Source: Fistulifera solaris (taxonomy: Eukaryota). From it: a DNA stretch of 64,000 nt. Under the pieces are notes generated by a model, which did not search any database, was not told the origin of the DNA, and saw only the letters and a program-made list of their open reading frames with translations. The translations under genes and the position numbers were made by a program. Shown here piece after piece: positions 49,789 to 62,852 of the stretch. Location of the stretch: NCBI GenBank assembly GCA_030295235.1, contig AP026126.1, forward strand, positions 806,001-870,000. The letters are read 5' to 3'. Numbering within the stretch: the stretch's first letter is position 1; each line of letters opens with the position of its first letter.

Positions 49789-50987
49789 TCAGTTATCAAG
49801 TCTTTGACGCACTTGTTCGTATACGATGAAGAAAATAGCCACAGATGGAGCAATGTAGGTTACTCTTGGCACAACACCCTTTGCGAAACCTGCAATTCCC
49901 TCGTCGCGCCAAATTTTCGACGCACAGGAAAGCACCGTACCTCCATATGCCGCGCTGTCAGTCATAAGAAGAGTTTTGAAACGATCCAGCGGTGCTGTGA
50001 TAGCCGCTGAAAAAGATCCTGCTATTGCACCACAAATCGCACTTTCGGCGGCATCTAATTGGATTTTTTCGCTCGTGGACTTTCCTTTCATACTTTTAGA
50101 TCTACTCTTTACTCGTCGACTTTTGATACGCAAGTAAAAGCTTTTGTCACCTCATAAGACGTCAATTGCGCTACGCGGAAAGGAACATCGCGAGCGATAC
50201 CCCCAAAGTAGCCCTGATACAATCCTTTGATACCTTTCTTTCTGAGAATGCCCAGGAATGCCTCCGCGGTACTTTTGTACATGCCTGCTTGGGTCTGTTG
50301 CTTTATAACTTCCGACGGACAGAGCCAACCGGAACCTGTCAAGTCCCCTAGTACAGCCGAGAACGCATACAGCAACACAGGTTTTGTATTCGGAAATTTG
50401 TTGAACAGTGCTTTTTTGTACATTTCGTACGATCCGAATGTAAGGACCCTATTTTATTATTCAATTTGCAAGGTTTCATAAGGAATCATCGAAAGCACAG
50501 ATTGTAAATTTTTTGATGAACGATACAACGTACCCGTATGGCACTTGACCGATGAGAGACCCGGCAACACCCTTGTAGAGTCCCTCGAGTCGGAAAGGGT
50601 TCGCTTGTTCCATTTGAAGACGAGTCTGTTGTTAACGAACAAATTAGGACTAGCAAGTAGCAGCCTCGACCAAGAATCCGTGTTTGCTTACCTTGAGAGT
50701 ATCTACTGGATACATGGAGAATATGGACGAGCACCGGGCGGCCGCCGCGGCGACCAAGTCGCGCCTTGAATCTCGAATGATACTTACGAAACTGAGCCAA
50801 GGATTCATCTTGGCGGTTTCGGCTTTGCAGCACCACCGCGTGTTGGAATGGTAGCGGCTAAATGACAAGTCGGTCGAACGCTAGAATGTCGAAACACCGA
50901 CAGAGTGGTGATGTCTCGAGCCGATGTTGAACCCAAGAAAACGACGAAAAAGAGAAGGGTTTGTCGGTAAATACTACAGCAAATCAT
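49789..50987 (-). CDS. Mitochondrial carrier family (SLC25) protein, SAM-carrier-like, with an N-terminal signal-peptide-like extension
   Basis: Three Px[D/E]xxK signatures (YPVDTLK, PSEVIKQQTQ, APLDRFKTLLM), GLYQGYFGGIARDVPF and GVVPRV. Introns near 50692-50620 and 50535-50446. Confidence 0.85.
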
Positions 50988-52112
50988 GTTTGATGTAACC
51001 TTTTACGTCTTAACAAGGTGTAGGTGGGATCTTTTGCTTTGATTGTATTGTTGTTCGTCTCTGTCCTTTCAACACTCGGATTGTCGTAAATGTTGTCGAT
51101 TGATTGACTGATACCCCTGTCGGTAACGGATGGCGTAAATGTTTCATGACTGAATTGCAGTCTTGAAGAAAAAAACAGTTTGGGCTTATAGTCGACTTCC
51201 AGGTTGCCAACGATCCGCATTGCTTTTCGAAGTAAAGAATCGAAACGTGCACTGCAATGATGCTGATGGTAGATGGTAGCTGCCTCAGGATCACGACAAA
51301 TATCATTTGCCATGCTACCAGCACAAATGGTGAATTGTTTAGGAGCGTGGCTCGGAAAAATCACGATTCATGACTGGAATACAGTCGTGGTAAAGTTCGG
51401 TCTACACTTCGGGGTGATAGCAAATAAGCCTTACTACGGAAAGACAACATTTTTTGGTAGAAGGATTTAAGACGTGTTGAACCCATTGCAAATGCTATCG
51501 AAAGTGTCTGCAAGATGTTTATCTGGTACGAAAAGGAAGTATTCCATGGAAAGAGTGCTAGGCCCTAGGCAGAGTATGCTATTGACAATTAGAATGGTGT
51601 TGCAACAATTCCGGGACTGAACTTTGGTTCGACGTCACCCTGCAAGGTCTCCGAGTAAATCAAAAAAAATACTGTAGTATCTAGGAATTTTATTGTGAAG
51701 GGCTACCTGGTACCGGTACCGTTACCAAGTACGCTTTAAGATCTCCCGCCGATATGCTTATCAATTATCAGCCATGTCCGTTGGCGAAGGCCACTTAGGC
51801 GGCTGGCTCGTATGACTCGCCAATCCAATCACGAACGACGTCAGCTCGTTCACAGTTCACACCAATAAGGTTACGGTACGGTACCCTCCAGAAATCAGAG
51901 GTAGACTCCTCTAACCTTAACAGTCTAGTTGGTAAGTCTTAACCTTACTAGCTGTAACGCAGTAGCGAGTTGAGAGGAAGAACGCAAAAACGCCTTGTGT
52001 CGTTGTTGCTTTTTAATTGCTCGAGATCTTTTCCAAGAAAGTATGTCTTTTCCCGCTCAAGACAAACTCATTCATTTAATTGTAAAAACAAGCACATTCC
52101 TTGCACAGAAGA

Positions 52113-53368
52113 ATGTCACATACGCCTAACGATGGAGACGATGAGCTGCTTGATACGGGATGCCTTGTGTGCGGAAACGACGACCATCATGATAAGATGC
52201 TTTTGTGCGACGCGTGCACGGGCGAGTATCACATGCACTGTTTGAAGCCAAAATTGGATAAGATACCACAAAATAAATGGTTTTGCGGTAAGTGTGATAA
52301 TAGTATTGTGATCATACTGCCATCGACACAATAAGTCACTCAATGACAGCGCCCTTTCTTCAGCTATTTGCAAGGGGGCGAGGGAACGGCCCCGGCGAAA
52401 CTCGAGGAATTAGTGTCGGCGCTCCCTTCCGAGTATAGAGCACGTTTCGGTGAAATTTGTTGGGCACAAGGTGGGGTCGGGTATGGATGGTGGCCTTGCT
52501 GTATTTTCGATCCGAGATGGGCCAAAGGGAAACCTCTGGAAGAAGCTAAACGACAGCTGGGAAAAAAGTATCTCGTCTATTTTTACATGTGCACGGACTC
52601 TCCTTTCGCGCTACTGGCAGAGAATAAAACTATGAGTTGGCTAGAGGGATTATCGTACAATTACTACCAAGGCAAGGCCGCCAAGAATTACAGCAAGGAT
52701 CGATTTGCTTTATTTCAAAAGGCCTTACTAATAGCGACCAATGAGTTCGACAAGTCAGTTTCTGAGAGGTACAAGTCACTCAATCTTTCTCGTAAAAACA
52801 CTGCATTGCCACAACCAGGTCGTCCGATTCTTTCACCTAGCAAAGTTCGGCAAAAGCCTGCGGCAACCAGTTCTGATGCAAAGCGAAAACTGGTTTCCAA
52901 GGATGAATCGTCTTCGAAGAGAACCATATCGCAGCAAGTAGGAACCAAAAACATTATTCCTCGTCCTTCTCGAATTGAAAAGAAAAGAAAATGGCACAGG
53001 AACACTATCAGAGTTCCGAACATGCAGATAGGTCAGCAGATACTGAATTGATTTGTACCGTGTGGAATGTCGCCGACGTTGATAACTTTGCAACGAGCAC
53101 GCAAGTCGGTTTCGTGATTTTGGCCTCGATTAAATCATCCACATTTGAAGATGTTCGCACGTGCATTTCTCGTGAAATTGACCTACTATCGGAAACAACA
53201 TGGCAGTTCTGGGTGCCTCTCTTAGGGCCGGTCAGTCGTGCTCAAGAGCGACTGTTTGGGCCGATTCTGCCTTTCTTTGCGAAACGGAAATTGGCCGGCG
53301 ACACCATGACGGGAGATGGTACGATTCATCATCCACTTCGTCTCCATGTCATACAACTAGACAAGTAG
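52113..53368 (+). CDS. PHD-finger + PWWP-like chromatin protein
   Basis: CLVCGNDDHHDKMLLCDACTGEYHMHCLKPKL...WFC (PHD); GEICWAQGGVGYGWWPCCI (PWWP-like). Intron ~52288-52363; frameshift near 52985. Confidence 0.85.
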
Positions 53369-53485
53369 GTGTCGAATCCAAGATTAAAGCGCAGAGTTTC
53401 AAACCATGTATTCTATTCCTATCATTGATTTGGCCGCTAGTATGGATTGTAAAAGTGCATCTCACACAACCTATTGCTATTTTCT

Positions 53486-56400
53486 CTAATCGTCACCTAG
53501 AGCAATGAAAACATCTTCAAGTGAAGACTGCGACAACAAGAACTGATTGATACCACCTTCGTTGGCAGTATCTTCTCCGTAGAGTACGCGAAATACATCG
53601 GGTAAATTGATGTCTCGGGGTAATGCTATACGAAGGGTCTTTGCTTGGCGATTCTGAAGAACAGCATCCTTGTGCAACCGATTTCGTACAAAAGCCAATG
53701 CCTTCTCCTGATGTGCTGCGGAGCTTCTGGTCAAATTTAGTTGTAGCAGATATCCGGAACCAAAACGATCCTTAAGTGCTTGTTGAGTACCAATTACCTT
53801 CAAGTGACCGTTCGACATGATTGCTATACGATTGCAAAGCGTATCGGCTTCCACCATCATGTGCGTCGTGATGATCACGGCTCGTTCTGACGTAGAAAAA
53901 GAGTTGATCAAATTCCATATCGAGTTCCGTGTTGATGGATCGAGGCCTGGGGAATTAACATGAATGACAAAGCAAATTGGTCGGGATTAGTGACAAGGAT
54001 GGATGCATCTCAATGCGTGCTGCGACATAAGAACGTACCGGTTGTTGGTTCATCAAGAAGAAGCACTGACGGCGCACCTATAAGCGAGATTGCAATTGAT
54101 AACCGTCGCCTCATTCCACCAGATAAACGCCCAGCCCTTCTGTGGTAAAATGAAGGTGTTCCTAAACCTACAGCGCAAGCAGTCGAGTGGGCTACGTGTC
54201 GTACCTGGTTCATTGGTAAACCTTTTAGCAGCGCGAAATATTCAAGGTGTCTTTGCACCGTTTCTGTCGGGCAGATGATATCGAACTGCGGGCAGTTCCC
54301 GAGACGTTCGAATACGTTCAATGTTTGCGTAGAAACATTATACCCCGCAACGAGAGCAACTCCATTCGTGGAGTCGTGAGAACCCGCCCAAATTTTTATT
54401 GCGGTTGTTTTCCCTGGATGGAAACACAAAGCATTAATTTGCTTCAGATAAAAACGTGAAGAGTAGACGGGAAAAAAAAGATCATGACTGCACTAACCTG
54501 CTCCATTTTTTCCCAGCAATCCTAATACTTCTCCTCGCGGCACATGTATATCTAGTGATTGAAGCGCAACTCTAGGAGGAGCACCACCAAGGCTGGGGTA
54601 GACCTTTCGAAGCTTATACGAGAGCACCGGTGGTATGCTATCTCGGGAGATCGATTCAGTATTCACTTCCAGTTCAATTAGATCATCCATATTCAACAGC
54701 AAACTGCCTTCAGCGAGCGGCTCGTTGCTAAATCCGTCCTCCTCTCTGTTACCTCCGTCACTCTTATCAATTAAACGTTGAACAAACGATTCGACCACCG
54801 CAGTTTCGTCGACCACTTCTTGAAGGATCTCATGAGAATGCTGCGTGTCTTGCACGTTAGCTATAAATTTTGACATGGATATACAGTTCCAGGCTTGTTT
54901 CACCGTACTGAGAAGCTGACGGGATGTCTTATTAGGGAAGGAAAACAACGAAACGAAGCAGAAGCCCATAAGCATAAGAATCAAACCCCCAATGGCCATG
55001 AAACCCATAAAAGATAGATATTGTTCTCTCGCAAATGGAAATTCACAAGCGTTTCCGTCGCATTGAACATCGCTCCCCAGAGACGGAATAAAAATAGAGG
55101 TCGCATAGTCCGGTGGATCAGAAACGAAGAGAACATTACCCAGAAGAGATGCTGCAATCATGTGAAAAAGCCCAAGCTGCGGAAGCATCGCAGCATAACT
55201 TGGCATACAAAGACTTCCGAGAGAATCTACGTTTACCTGGGCACCAATGCAATTCAGTAAGGACAAACCTTCATTGCTACTAGTGTCACAAACAGTCTCG
55301 ACGCATTCGTCGGTAAAACGAGGGGCTACGAGGAAGTAGGTGATGATCGGAAAGATACCAGCCAGTAGACAGGCAGTCGCCACAAGTACCAACGCAAGCT
55401 TATGACCTGGAAGATAAGCACTAGCGAAAACCGCTCCAGGGGCTGTCAACCCAAACATGAATGCAGCACCAAAAAGCATCCCATAACCACCTGCCTTCCA
55501 AGTGGCGAAGATGTAAACGTTAGGATCTTCCACATCAATCACAAAACCTCCTGATATTCTTCGATTCCAAGACCATTGTCGTTCGCACGAATCGGTGTCT
55601 CCGCAAATAAAAGGATCGCGAAAAAGACCTGGCAGGTACATTGCCGTCAGCATGACTAATCCGAACAGAAATTGTACAAGGAATGAATACAATCCGTACC
55701 CAAAAATGAAGGATGACTTCAAAAGACCTTGAGCCTTCATCAAGTAGAACAAACCCGTACTACGATCGCGGTAGATCGGAGATACAAGCGTGATTAATGT
55801 CATGGAAAGGAAACATACAGGTCCGACCATGAAGGGTACTGCCGAGGTATTATTTGCTCGGACAGTCAAAGTTAGCGCTAGAAGTACCAAGAAAGCATGA
55901 AAGAACCACCCAGTCCATTTCCCTACCCAATGACGCGATGATGAAAAGTACAAAATAGCTACAGCCTGTTTCCACGTGCTCAACATGGGATTGAAGGCAG
56001 CTATCTTGTCTGTGTCAACTTCTACAGCTTGCACAGCACCGACAACTTCGTTTTCGTCATCTACGTAATGCGCGTTTCGTCGTGGACAACAACAGGAATA
56101 CGTGTCCAACGGCTCCCTTACAGACCTTGTTTGATCACCTCCGTCGCCTTGAGTTACCTTCAAAAACACTTCTTCCAATGAGCTGTTCGAAAATCCCCAC
56201 TCCTTTACCCCAGAAGTGTCCTTGTCGTCAAGCCATTCAACGAAGTCAGCCAAAGCGACCACATCGACACCCTCTTTATCATCGTTCCGTTTGATCTTTC
56301 CAATCTTCACCGTAATATTCCCAGCATCACCGCTAGAAAAAGATATATCTTTGTAGAACTCCTTGAAATGAGACAACACTCCGTCTTGTGCAGTTCGTAC

Positions 56401-58992
56401 GTTCTCTTTATCAACCAAAAGCGTGAATTGTAAGGGCGAGCCATATTTCGATTTAAGTTCAAGGGGTGTACCATATGCGGCAAGTTCACCTTTTCGCATC
56501 ACCTGCACAACGAAGTCGAGATCATTGTCATCGTAAGACAAAAGAAATCCGCAATTGATGAGGACCGACCATTAACTTACAGCTACAATATCCGCCAATA
56601 GATCAGCTTCTTCCATCGCATGCGTTGTCAGAAGTACAACTCGGCCTTCTTTTATTTCATCAATATGACGCCATACAGCGCGCCGACTCAAAGGATCCAT
56701 GCCTTTGACGTCATCGTTCGCGGAACGTCGAGTTAGAAACATAGCTAAAGAAAAAAATGTAGATCTACGTACACAATGACTCACCAGTTGTGGGCTCATC
56801 GAGAATGATCAGAGGACGCCCTCCTATAGTAGAACATGCCAGAGACAACCTTCGTCTCATACCTCCTGAAAAGGAGGAACTGTATTGATTTTGGACGATC
56901 ACCAAGTCTACGCTGGCTAACCAGTGCTGCACCATTTCAGGTATGTCATGCGAGCAAACACCCCGGAGCCCCGCAAATAACTCGAGATGTTCCCTTGCAG
57001 TAAGATCGGGGTAAAGAAAATCATCCTGTTTGCAGACGGAAACCAGCTTGCGAACCGTGTCGGGATCGTCTGACACTGAATGCCCAAAGACAAGGATGTC
57101 ACCGTCCGTTGCACCGATTTCGCAGCCAAGAATATGTGACAACGTTGTCTTTCCGGCTCCTACAAACATATATAAATCAGAAATGCAGTTGTCAGATATT
57201 AGAAACATCTTTCAGTCTTACCGTTGTGCCCAAGTAAAGCCGTTATCTCACCAGGAGTCATCGTCATTGTCACGCTTTTCAATGCATCAAAGTTCCCATA
57301 GCTCTTGCGGACGTCGTTGACTTGCACAACATTGCCATTAGCGGAGCCCTTCTCTTTCGCGGGGCCGAGCCAATACGAAGGAAGGAGAAAGAAATAGAAT
57401 TTACGGGGAGCCCCATTCTGGAAAAATGAATAAATCACAGTGAGTTCCGTATTGTGAGGATACGCCGCAATAGCGAAGAAGAACGTTTCAACGTACCCGT
57501 CCAGGGCGAACCTGTGCATAGTAGGCGGCCATCAAAGTGTAGATTATAGAGAGGCAAAACATAACCCCAAACAAACCGTTGACCGATGGAGTTTGGGTGG
57601 GAGACTGCTCCACTACCCCTGGGCATTCTCTCAAATTGGGGCACATGTCTTCCAACATGGATGAAGGAGGACAGTTACTGAAATCTAAACCAGGGGTCAG
57701 CTTCATCTCGACGTTTAAAATGGTACCTTGAGGGAAGAGAGTTGAACGGTTATCGTCCGAAAGGGGAAAGGGCAGGGAAGCGACGGCCAAAGCTTCCGAC
57801 GACATGGAAGCATGTTTAAGCTCGAACTTGCGATCGGGCATGCCCGTATAACCTAAAAAGTTGCTCCATACACCGGCAAAGTGGACGTAAGGAAACCAAA
57901 AAGGATGGCATTACCGAGACGTCTATCTTTGTTCCAGATCAATGTTGTGTACCCTGCACCGAAATAGCAACCCACAAAAAATTCGCCATCTGGAAACTCC
58001 GACGGATCAGCACGAAAGATATCACCTTGACCTTTGCTGACAATCGGAACGTCGCAAGTTGAATTTATGGCTTGCCTTTCAGTCTGTTTGTTGGTCCAAA
58101 ACAACGACATGGGCGTGTCATACATTTGGTTTACATCGTAGGCCGAAAACACAGATACGGTTGAGACAATTTGGTGTAAATAGACGGACCATTGAGCAAC
58201 TAGGATGAGCACGATGAGCCATGTTGCACTGCCATTTCGCGATGTTCCACAAAGAGCCGCCAAGAAAAAAGAAGCGCCGACAAGGGAAATATTCAAATAG
58301 AAGAAAGAACCAAAGATACCCATGAAAAGACGTTTTCAAAGGCATGAATCGACGATAAACTCTTCGCGGTAATCGCTGCTCCAAAAGAGTTAACCAACGA
58401 CGTAAGAATGAAGGGTATCCACCAAGACACCCAAAAGACGCTCTCCCGCATTCCAGCTGCTCTTAATACTCCTAGCATCTGATTCTGAATATCGACTTGT
58501 ATGATAACAAGGACCAAGATAGAGTGAAACATAGGACCAAATGCTGCGATGACAGATCATTTGTTAAAAAATTCACGGAAAACGCATCAAACAGAAAATA
58601 AACAGAGTTGCGTTCGTACCCATTACAGTAACCGGAAATCCTTGGTCCCAATGCATATTGTATGAGTTCGGAACTTCACTATATCCTCTTTCCATTTGCA
58701 GGTCATCCAAATAAGTCTGATCGACTGTTCCGCAGCGCGTCAGAGGAACCGTTCCGAAATTGATTTCAAATTCATTATTTGTGCTGCTGCTGTAAGCGAG
58801 TAGGACCGACCCCACACTCGACAGGCACATGAGAGCCAATTGAACAGGACGACGACTTAACAAAAGCATATTTTTCTTGACTGACGCCCTTAGCTGATGA
58901 AACCATGGTACATTCTCAACCTTTGGCGGATTGGAAAGCTTGACAGAAGGAGCATCTTCTATATCGTCCTCCACGGGGGAGGGATCTGTCAT
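53486..58992 (-). CDS. Full-size ABCA-subfamily ABC transporter, multi-exon
   Basis: Two NBDs: ALLGHNG|AGKTT, FSGGMRRRLSLA, ILDEPTT|GMDP, LTTHAMEEAD; and LLGKNGA|GKTT, LSGGMRRRLSIA, LDEPTT, TTHMMVEAD, SSLEDVF. N-terminal QLRASVKKN.LL.SR motif and TM blocks. Confidence 0.93.
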
Positions 58993-59343
58993 TTTTTCTG
59001 ACGGTTGCGAATGAAGAAAGGCACCGTTGATTCCCTATCGATTTCAAAACTTTCCTGGCTCGTCAATAAGCAGGTGCGTATTGCGTATATCAATGCTACC
59101 AGGTAGTTGCTTGCCTTTGGCTTCCGAATGAATGAATTATACTCCGGTAATACACAAAGCACGCCATGCCAACATGATCTTTTTTTCATCCCTGTTACCA
59201 GGTACCGGTACTGATACTCGTCCCGGTCAAGGTTGGCGTCCGCGTGTCTCTCCATACAAAGTAGAAGCCTGCAGCCAGCTGCCAACCGACAACTCATTTT
59301 ACGGTACGGTAGTGATACCCTGTACCGGTACTCAGATGACTCC

Positions 59344-59371
59344 TCATGACTCATGACTCATGACTCATGAC
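59344..59371. repeat. (TCATGAC)4 tandem heptamer containing TGACTCA (AP-1-like) sites, upstream of the ABCA gene
   Basis: tcatgac tcatgac tcatgac tcatgac read directly from the sequence. Confidence 0.8.
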
Positions 59372-59525
59372 ACCTTGACTGCGTCGTTGTTTGCAACCCT
59401 CCGCCAAAACGAAAAGCTGTACTCCTAAACAAGCTTTTCGAATATAGGGGTCTTTCACTACATAGAGACAACGCCATGAATACTGGAGTTACATTCAGAT
59501 CGAACTAGATTGATCTATTTCAATT

Positions 59526-60673
59526 CTAACTAGTAGGTTTCGGCGCAGCGCTTGCCGCGTCTTCCTGCCCCCTCTCGCCCAGCCGTCCTGTTTCCCCTTG
59601 ATCCATTTGCTCGTACGTTTGGCCCATGGCTAGACCAGCTGAATTCTGTTTCTCTCCAGGGAGTAATTGTTGCATGGTATGATAGACGGCATTTATTATT
59701 TCATCCGAAGGCAGACCATCTTTGTCGGTCCGTAGCCTCGACAAGGCCGTCTCCATGGTCGTGGCCGGAGGGTATCCTACCACCGCCACAACTTCAAAGG
59801 TTTTCCCCACGGCCGAGGGTGTCGTCAAAGTATCCACCAGAATGCGTGCTACATCTTTTCGATTGATGCGTCCCACTGCCACATCCCCTTGACTAAAGAT
59901 GGGCCGTGACCCCGCCGGCCAATCGTCATTGAGACCCGCCGGTCGCACAATCGTGTACGGTACATTGCATTCATTGCATGTTTCACGCAATCGTTCTTCA
60001 CTTTCTCGCTTAATATCCAAAATGCCAAACGGATTGAGTCGTACAATGGGAATGTCGGCGGCGCCGACTAGTCGCTTCTTTTGTCGTCCGACCAAGTGGG
60101 TCTTGTGACACCCGCTGAGCTGCACACGACGAGTTTGGGTAATCCGTCGTTGTTTTTATTTTTCGATAAGGCTTGAGCAATGTTGGGCAAGGCGATGAGA
60201 TCAATGGATCGTTTGGGCAACAGAGCCATCCCCAACAACGATCGAATTTTATCCATCCACTGTTGAGAGGGATTGTTGGAAAAGCCCGTCGCACACCAGA
60301 TTGTCGCATCAACACTTTCCAAGACTTGTTCGAACGATGTTCCGAAATCTGCCTTTACAATTTTCAATTGAGGCGAATTGATGGGAAGTACATTTCGCGC
60401 TTTTTCCTCGTCGCGTACGACGGCCACCACTTGCGAGACTCCTTCGTTGAGGAGTGTCTGTACGACGACTTGCCCCGTGCGACCCGTTGCACCTGCTACA
60501 GCAACAGTTTTGACGACCGATTTTAATTCTTTGGGTACGAAAAGACTGGTTTCTACTACCGGAGTTGTTGGGACAGCTGTCGCTACCGTCGATAAAAAAG
60601 GGAAAGCATTGAAGCTGAACGATTCCGTATTTGTAATAGCAATCAGCAACGCGAAGACATAAACCAGCTTCAT
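59526..60673 (-). CDS. Plastid-targeted NAD(P)-binding atypical SDR (Tic62-like)
   Basis: Signal peptide MKLVYVFALLIAITNTES-F, VAVAGATGRTG, CSSAGVTRP, YTIVRPAGL and GRINRKDVA. Frameshift near 60080. Confidence 0.85.
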
Positions 60674-61055
60674 GGTCAAATGTATCAATATATAAAAGTG
60701 AAGGTATAGCTAAGATTCAAATTGGAGCTCTCTCTGGAGAATCCTTTTCTCTTTTTGAAGAAACAGAATAACTTAGCTTCATGGTCGTCGGAGTCGGAGA
60801 GGGCGACGAAGTATGAGTTGGTCTCTTTATTGTCAGTCACATTTTTGTGGATGAGTCAGTCGTTATTTGTGACGTCACATTTATCGCGCACTGTTTGCGC
60901 AGTTATTGCGCCCACAAATAATAATGAACCCCAACTCTTCAGGAACAAAAATGAATTCCTGTGCAAACGACGACACGCTCTCACCTCTGACAATTATTGA
61001 CACCCATTTCTTTGCAAACGAGGAAGTTGTAGTCGTTGCAGAACTAGAGCAAAGA

Positions 61056-62414
61056 ATGCGATTCACAGCTCTATTACCTTTCGCTCTCCATTCGACAACA
61101 ACCGCGTTATCGACAAAACCTTCCGCAGTTCTACCAACAATGCAGCGGACATTTTATCAACGACCACTGCCCACGTCTTGCACCGCATTTTCGTCTGAAC
61201 AGGGAAAACTCTTTTTCCGATCGGCTCTCGAACACAACGGTCTCAAATCCTTTTATTCACTCATTGAGCAGTATTCGACACAAACAGAACCGGCATTTTG
61301 TGGTTTAGCGACGCTGGTGGTAAGCCTAAATGCACTGGCCGTCGACCCTCGACAAGTCTGGAAAGGTCCCTGGCGCTGGTACGAAGAAAGCATGCTCAAT
61401 TGCTGTCTCGATTTGCATATTGTCAAACAGACGGGAGTTAATTTGCGGCAATTTGAATGTATGGCGCACTGTCAAGGATTGGCGACCGAGTTGTATTATG
61501 GTGATGAGACGGCATTGTCGGAGTTCCGAAATGCGGTGCGGCGGGCATGTGTGGAGGACCATAGTGATGATCCCCATTCTCCTATTTTAGCAGTCTCCTA
61601 TTCACGTCGAGTACTAGGACAGACTGGATCGGGACATTTTTCACCAGTTGCCGCTTACGATCAAGTATCGGATCAAGTTCTCATTCTCGATGTAGCTCGC
61701 TTCAAGTATGGAGCCCACTGGGTGCCCTTACCATTGCTGTACGAAGCCATGCAACCACTGGACCCCGATACGAATCGTTCACGTGGTTATTTGCTTCTCT
61801 CGGTACCACCACAACATGCCAAGAATGGTGATGTTGGGCAGGAACGGAAGGAAACCCTCCAACCGGCTTTATTATTATTCTCACCCATGGAGCAACGTGG
61901 TGCACGACAAGCGTTCAAAAATAAATTTCTGGTGGATCAGCGGTCGGAACCTACATTCGGGCAGATTCTGGACTTTTGTACTTCAGGTGGAAAAGATTGG
62001 GGGAAGTTATGGGAGCTGACTCAGGTACAATTACGACCATGCGTCGAAGATAACGGAAACGACCAAACGATATCTGTACAAGATCTCGTCGACAAAATGG
62101 TGGAAATCTTAGAGGGTCTCGTCGGATCAGAAAAAGGCCAAGCTTTCGAATCAGCCCAACCAGTTGAAATGGAGAAGGACGGTTGCTGTCGCAGCAAGTG
62201 TCGACCGAATTTCGGACGAACACATCCAGTAAGCGCTACTCAGGTTGCCTACTTGGTATATCTATCTGCGTTGAGCGAGGGTAAGCGACGGGAACTTTTG
62301 TATTCCGCTGCCGACGCGACTTCTGTCGTCGACGGGGTGGCACGGGATCAGTTGTTGCACGAAGCGCATTTGCTTCGCGCGGCGTTGGACGTGAGTGATA
62401 CAGATGTTTTGTAA
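61056..62414 (+). CDS. PCS: Phytochelatin synthase (glutathione gamma-glutamylcysteinyltransferase)
   Basis: QTEPAFCGLATL (catalytic Cys), DPRQVWKGPWRWYEESMLNCC, GHFSP (His) and LILDVARFKY (Asp). Intact ORF; first ATG taken at 61056. Confidence 0.95.
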   Translation: MRFTALLPFALHSTTTALSTKPSAVLPTMQRTFYQRPLPTSCTAFSSEQGKLFFRSALEHNGLKSFYSLIEQYSTQTEPAFCGLATLVVSLNALAVDPRQVWKGPWRWYEESMLNCCLDLHIVKQTGVNLRQFECMAHCQGLATELYYGDETALSEFRNAVRRACVEDHSDDPHSPILAVSYSRRVLGQTGSGHFSPVAAYDQVSDQVLILDVARFKYGAHWVPLPLLYEAMQPLDPDTNRSRGYLLLSVPPQHAKNGDVGQERKETLQPALLLFSPMEQRGARQAFKNKFLVDQRSEPTFGQILDFCTSGGKDWGKLWELTQVQLRPCVEDNGNDQTISVQDLVDKMVEILEGLVGSEKGQAFESAQPVEMEKDGCCRSKCRPNFGRTHPVSATQVAYLVYLSALSEGKRRELLYSAADATSVVDGVARDQLLHEAHLLRAALDVSDTDVL

Positions 62415-62852
62415 TGACTCAGATCGTTACTTGTTTATTACTTCGATTGTGGACAGATTACGTCCGCCTTGAAAATAGCTAGGATCTGATTATTTTTTGC
62501 TGGCTCTGACATTGTTCTACGCTGGAGTGAAAAATTCAATTTTTAAATCCACAAGGATTTGCAATCTCAGCAACCGTACAGTGCAAAGCGCATTGCAAAT
62601 GTAGCTCACTAAAATTCTTACAGCCAAATAAACCCATTAGATGCTGAGCGAAACTATTTTGAGCATGGGTCATGCAAAAGCGCGTTAACGGGTCCGACGT
62701 TGTTCTGACTCATGACTGGAAATTCAGTTTTGGATAAATACTAAGAACACTCCAGAATGAGCTCCAAACTCCGCGGACTCCTTCTCCGGACCCGCTCCGG
62801 ACTCCTAGTTTTGTAGTCTCGAGCTCTAAAGAGAGGGAATTGATTTATTTGA

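Noticed and set aside
568..60673. Many genes split into overlapping ORFs, suggesting pseudogenes or programmed frameshifting
   Set aside because: Breaks are single-base shifts, often near homopolymer runs, and affect essential genes (POLD2, TRRAP) whose motifs are otherwise intact. This pattern fits uncorrected long-read indels; short-read polishing would settle it.
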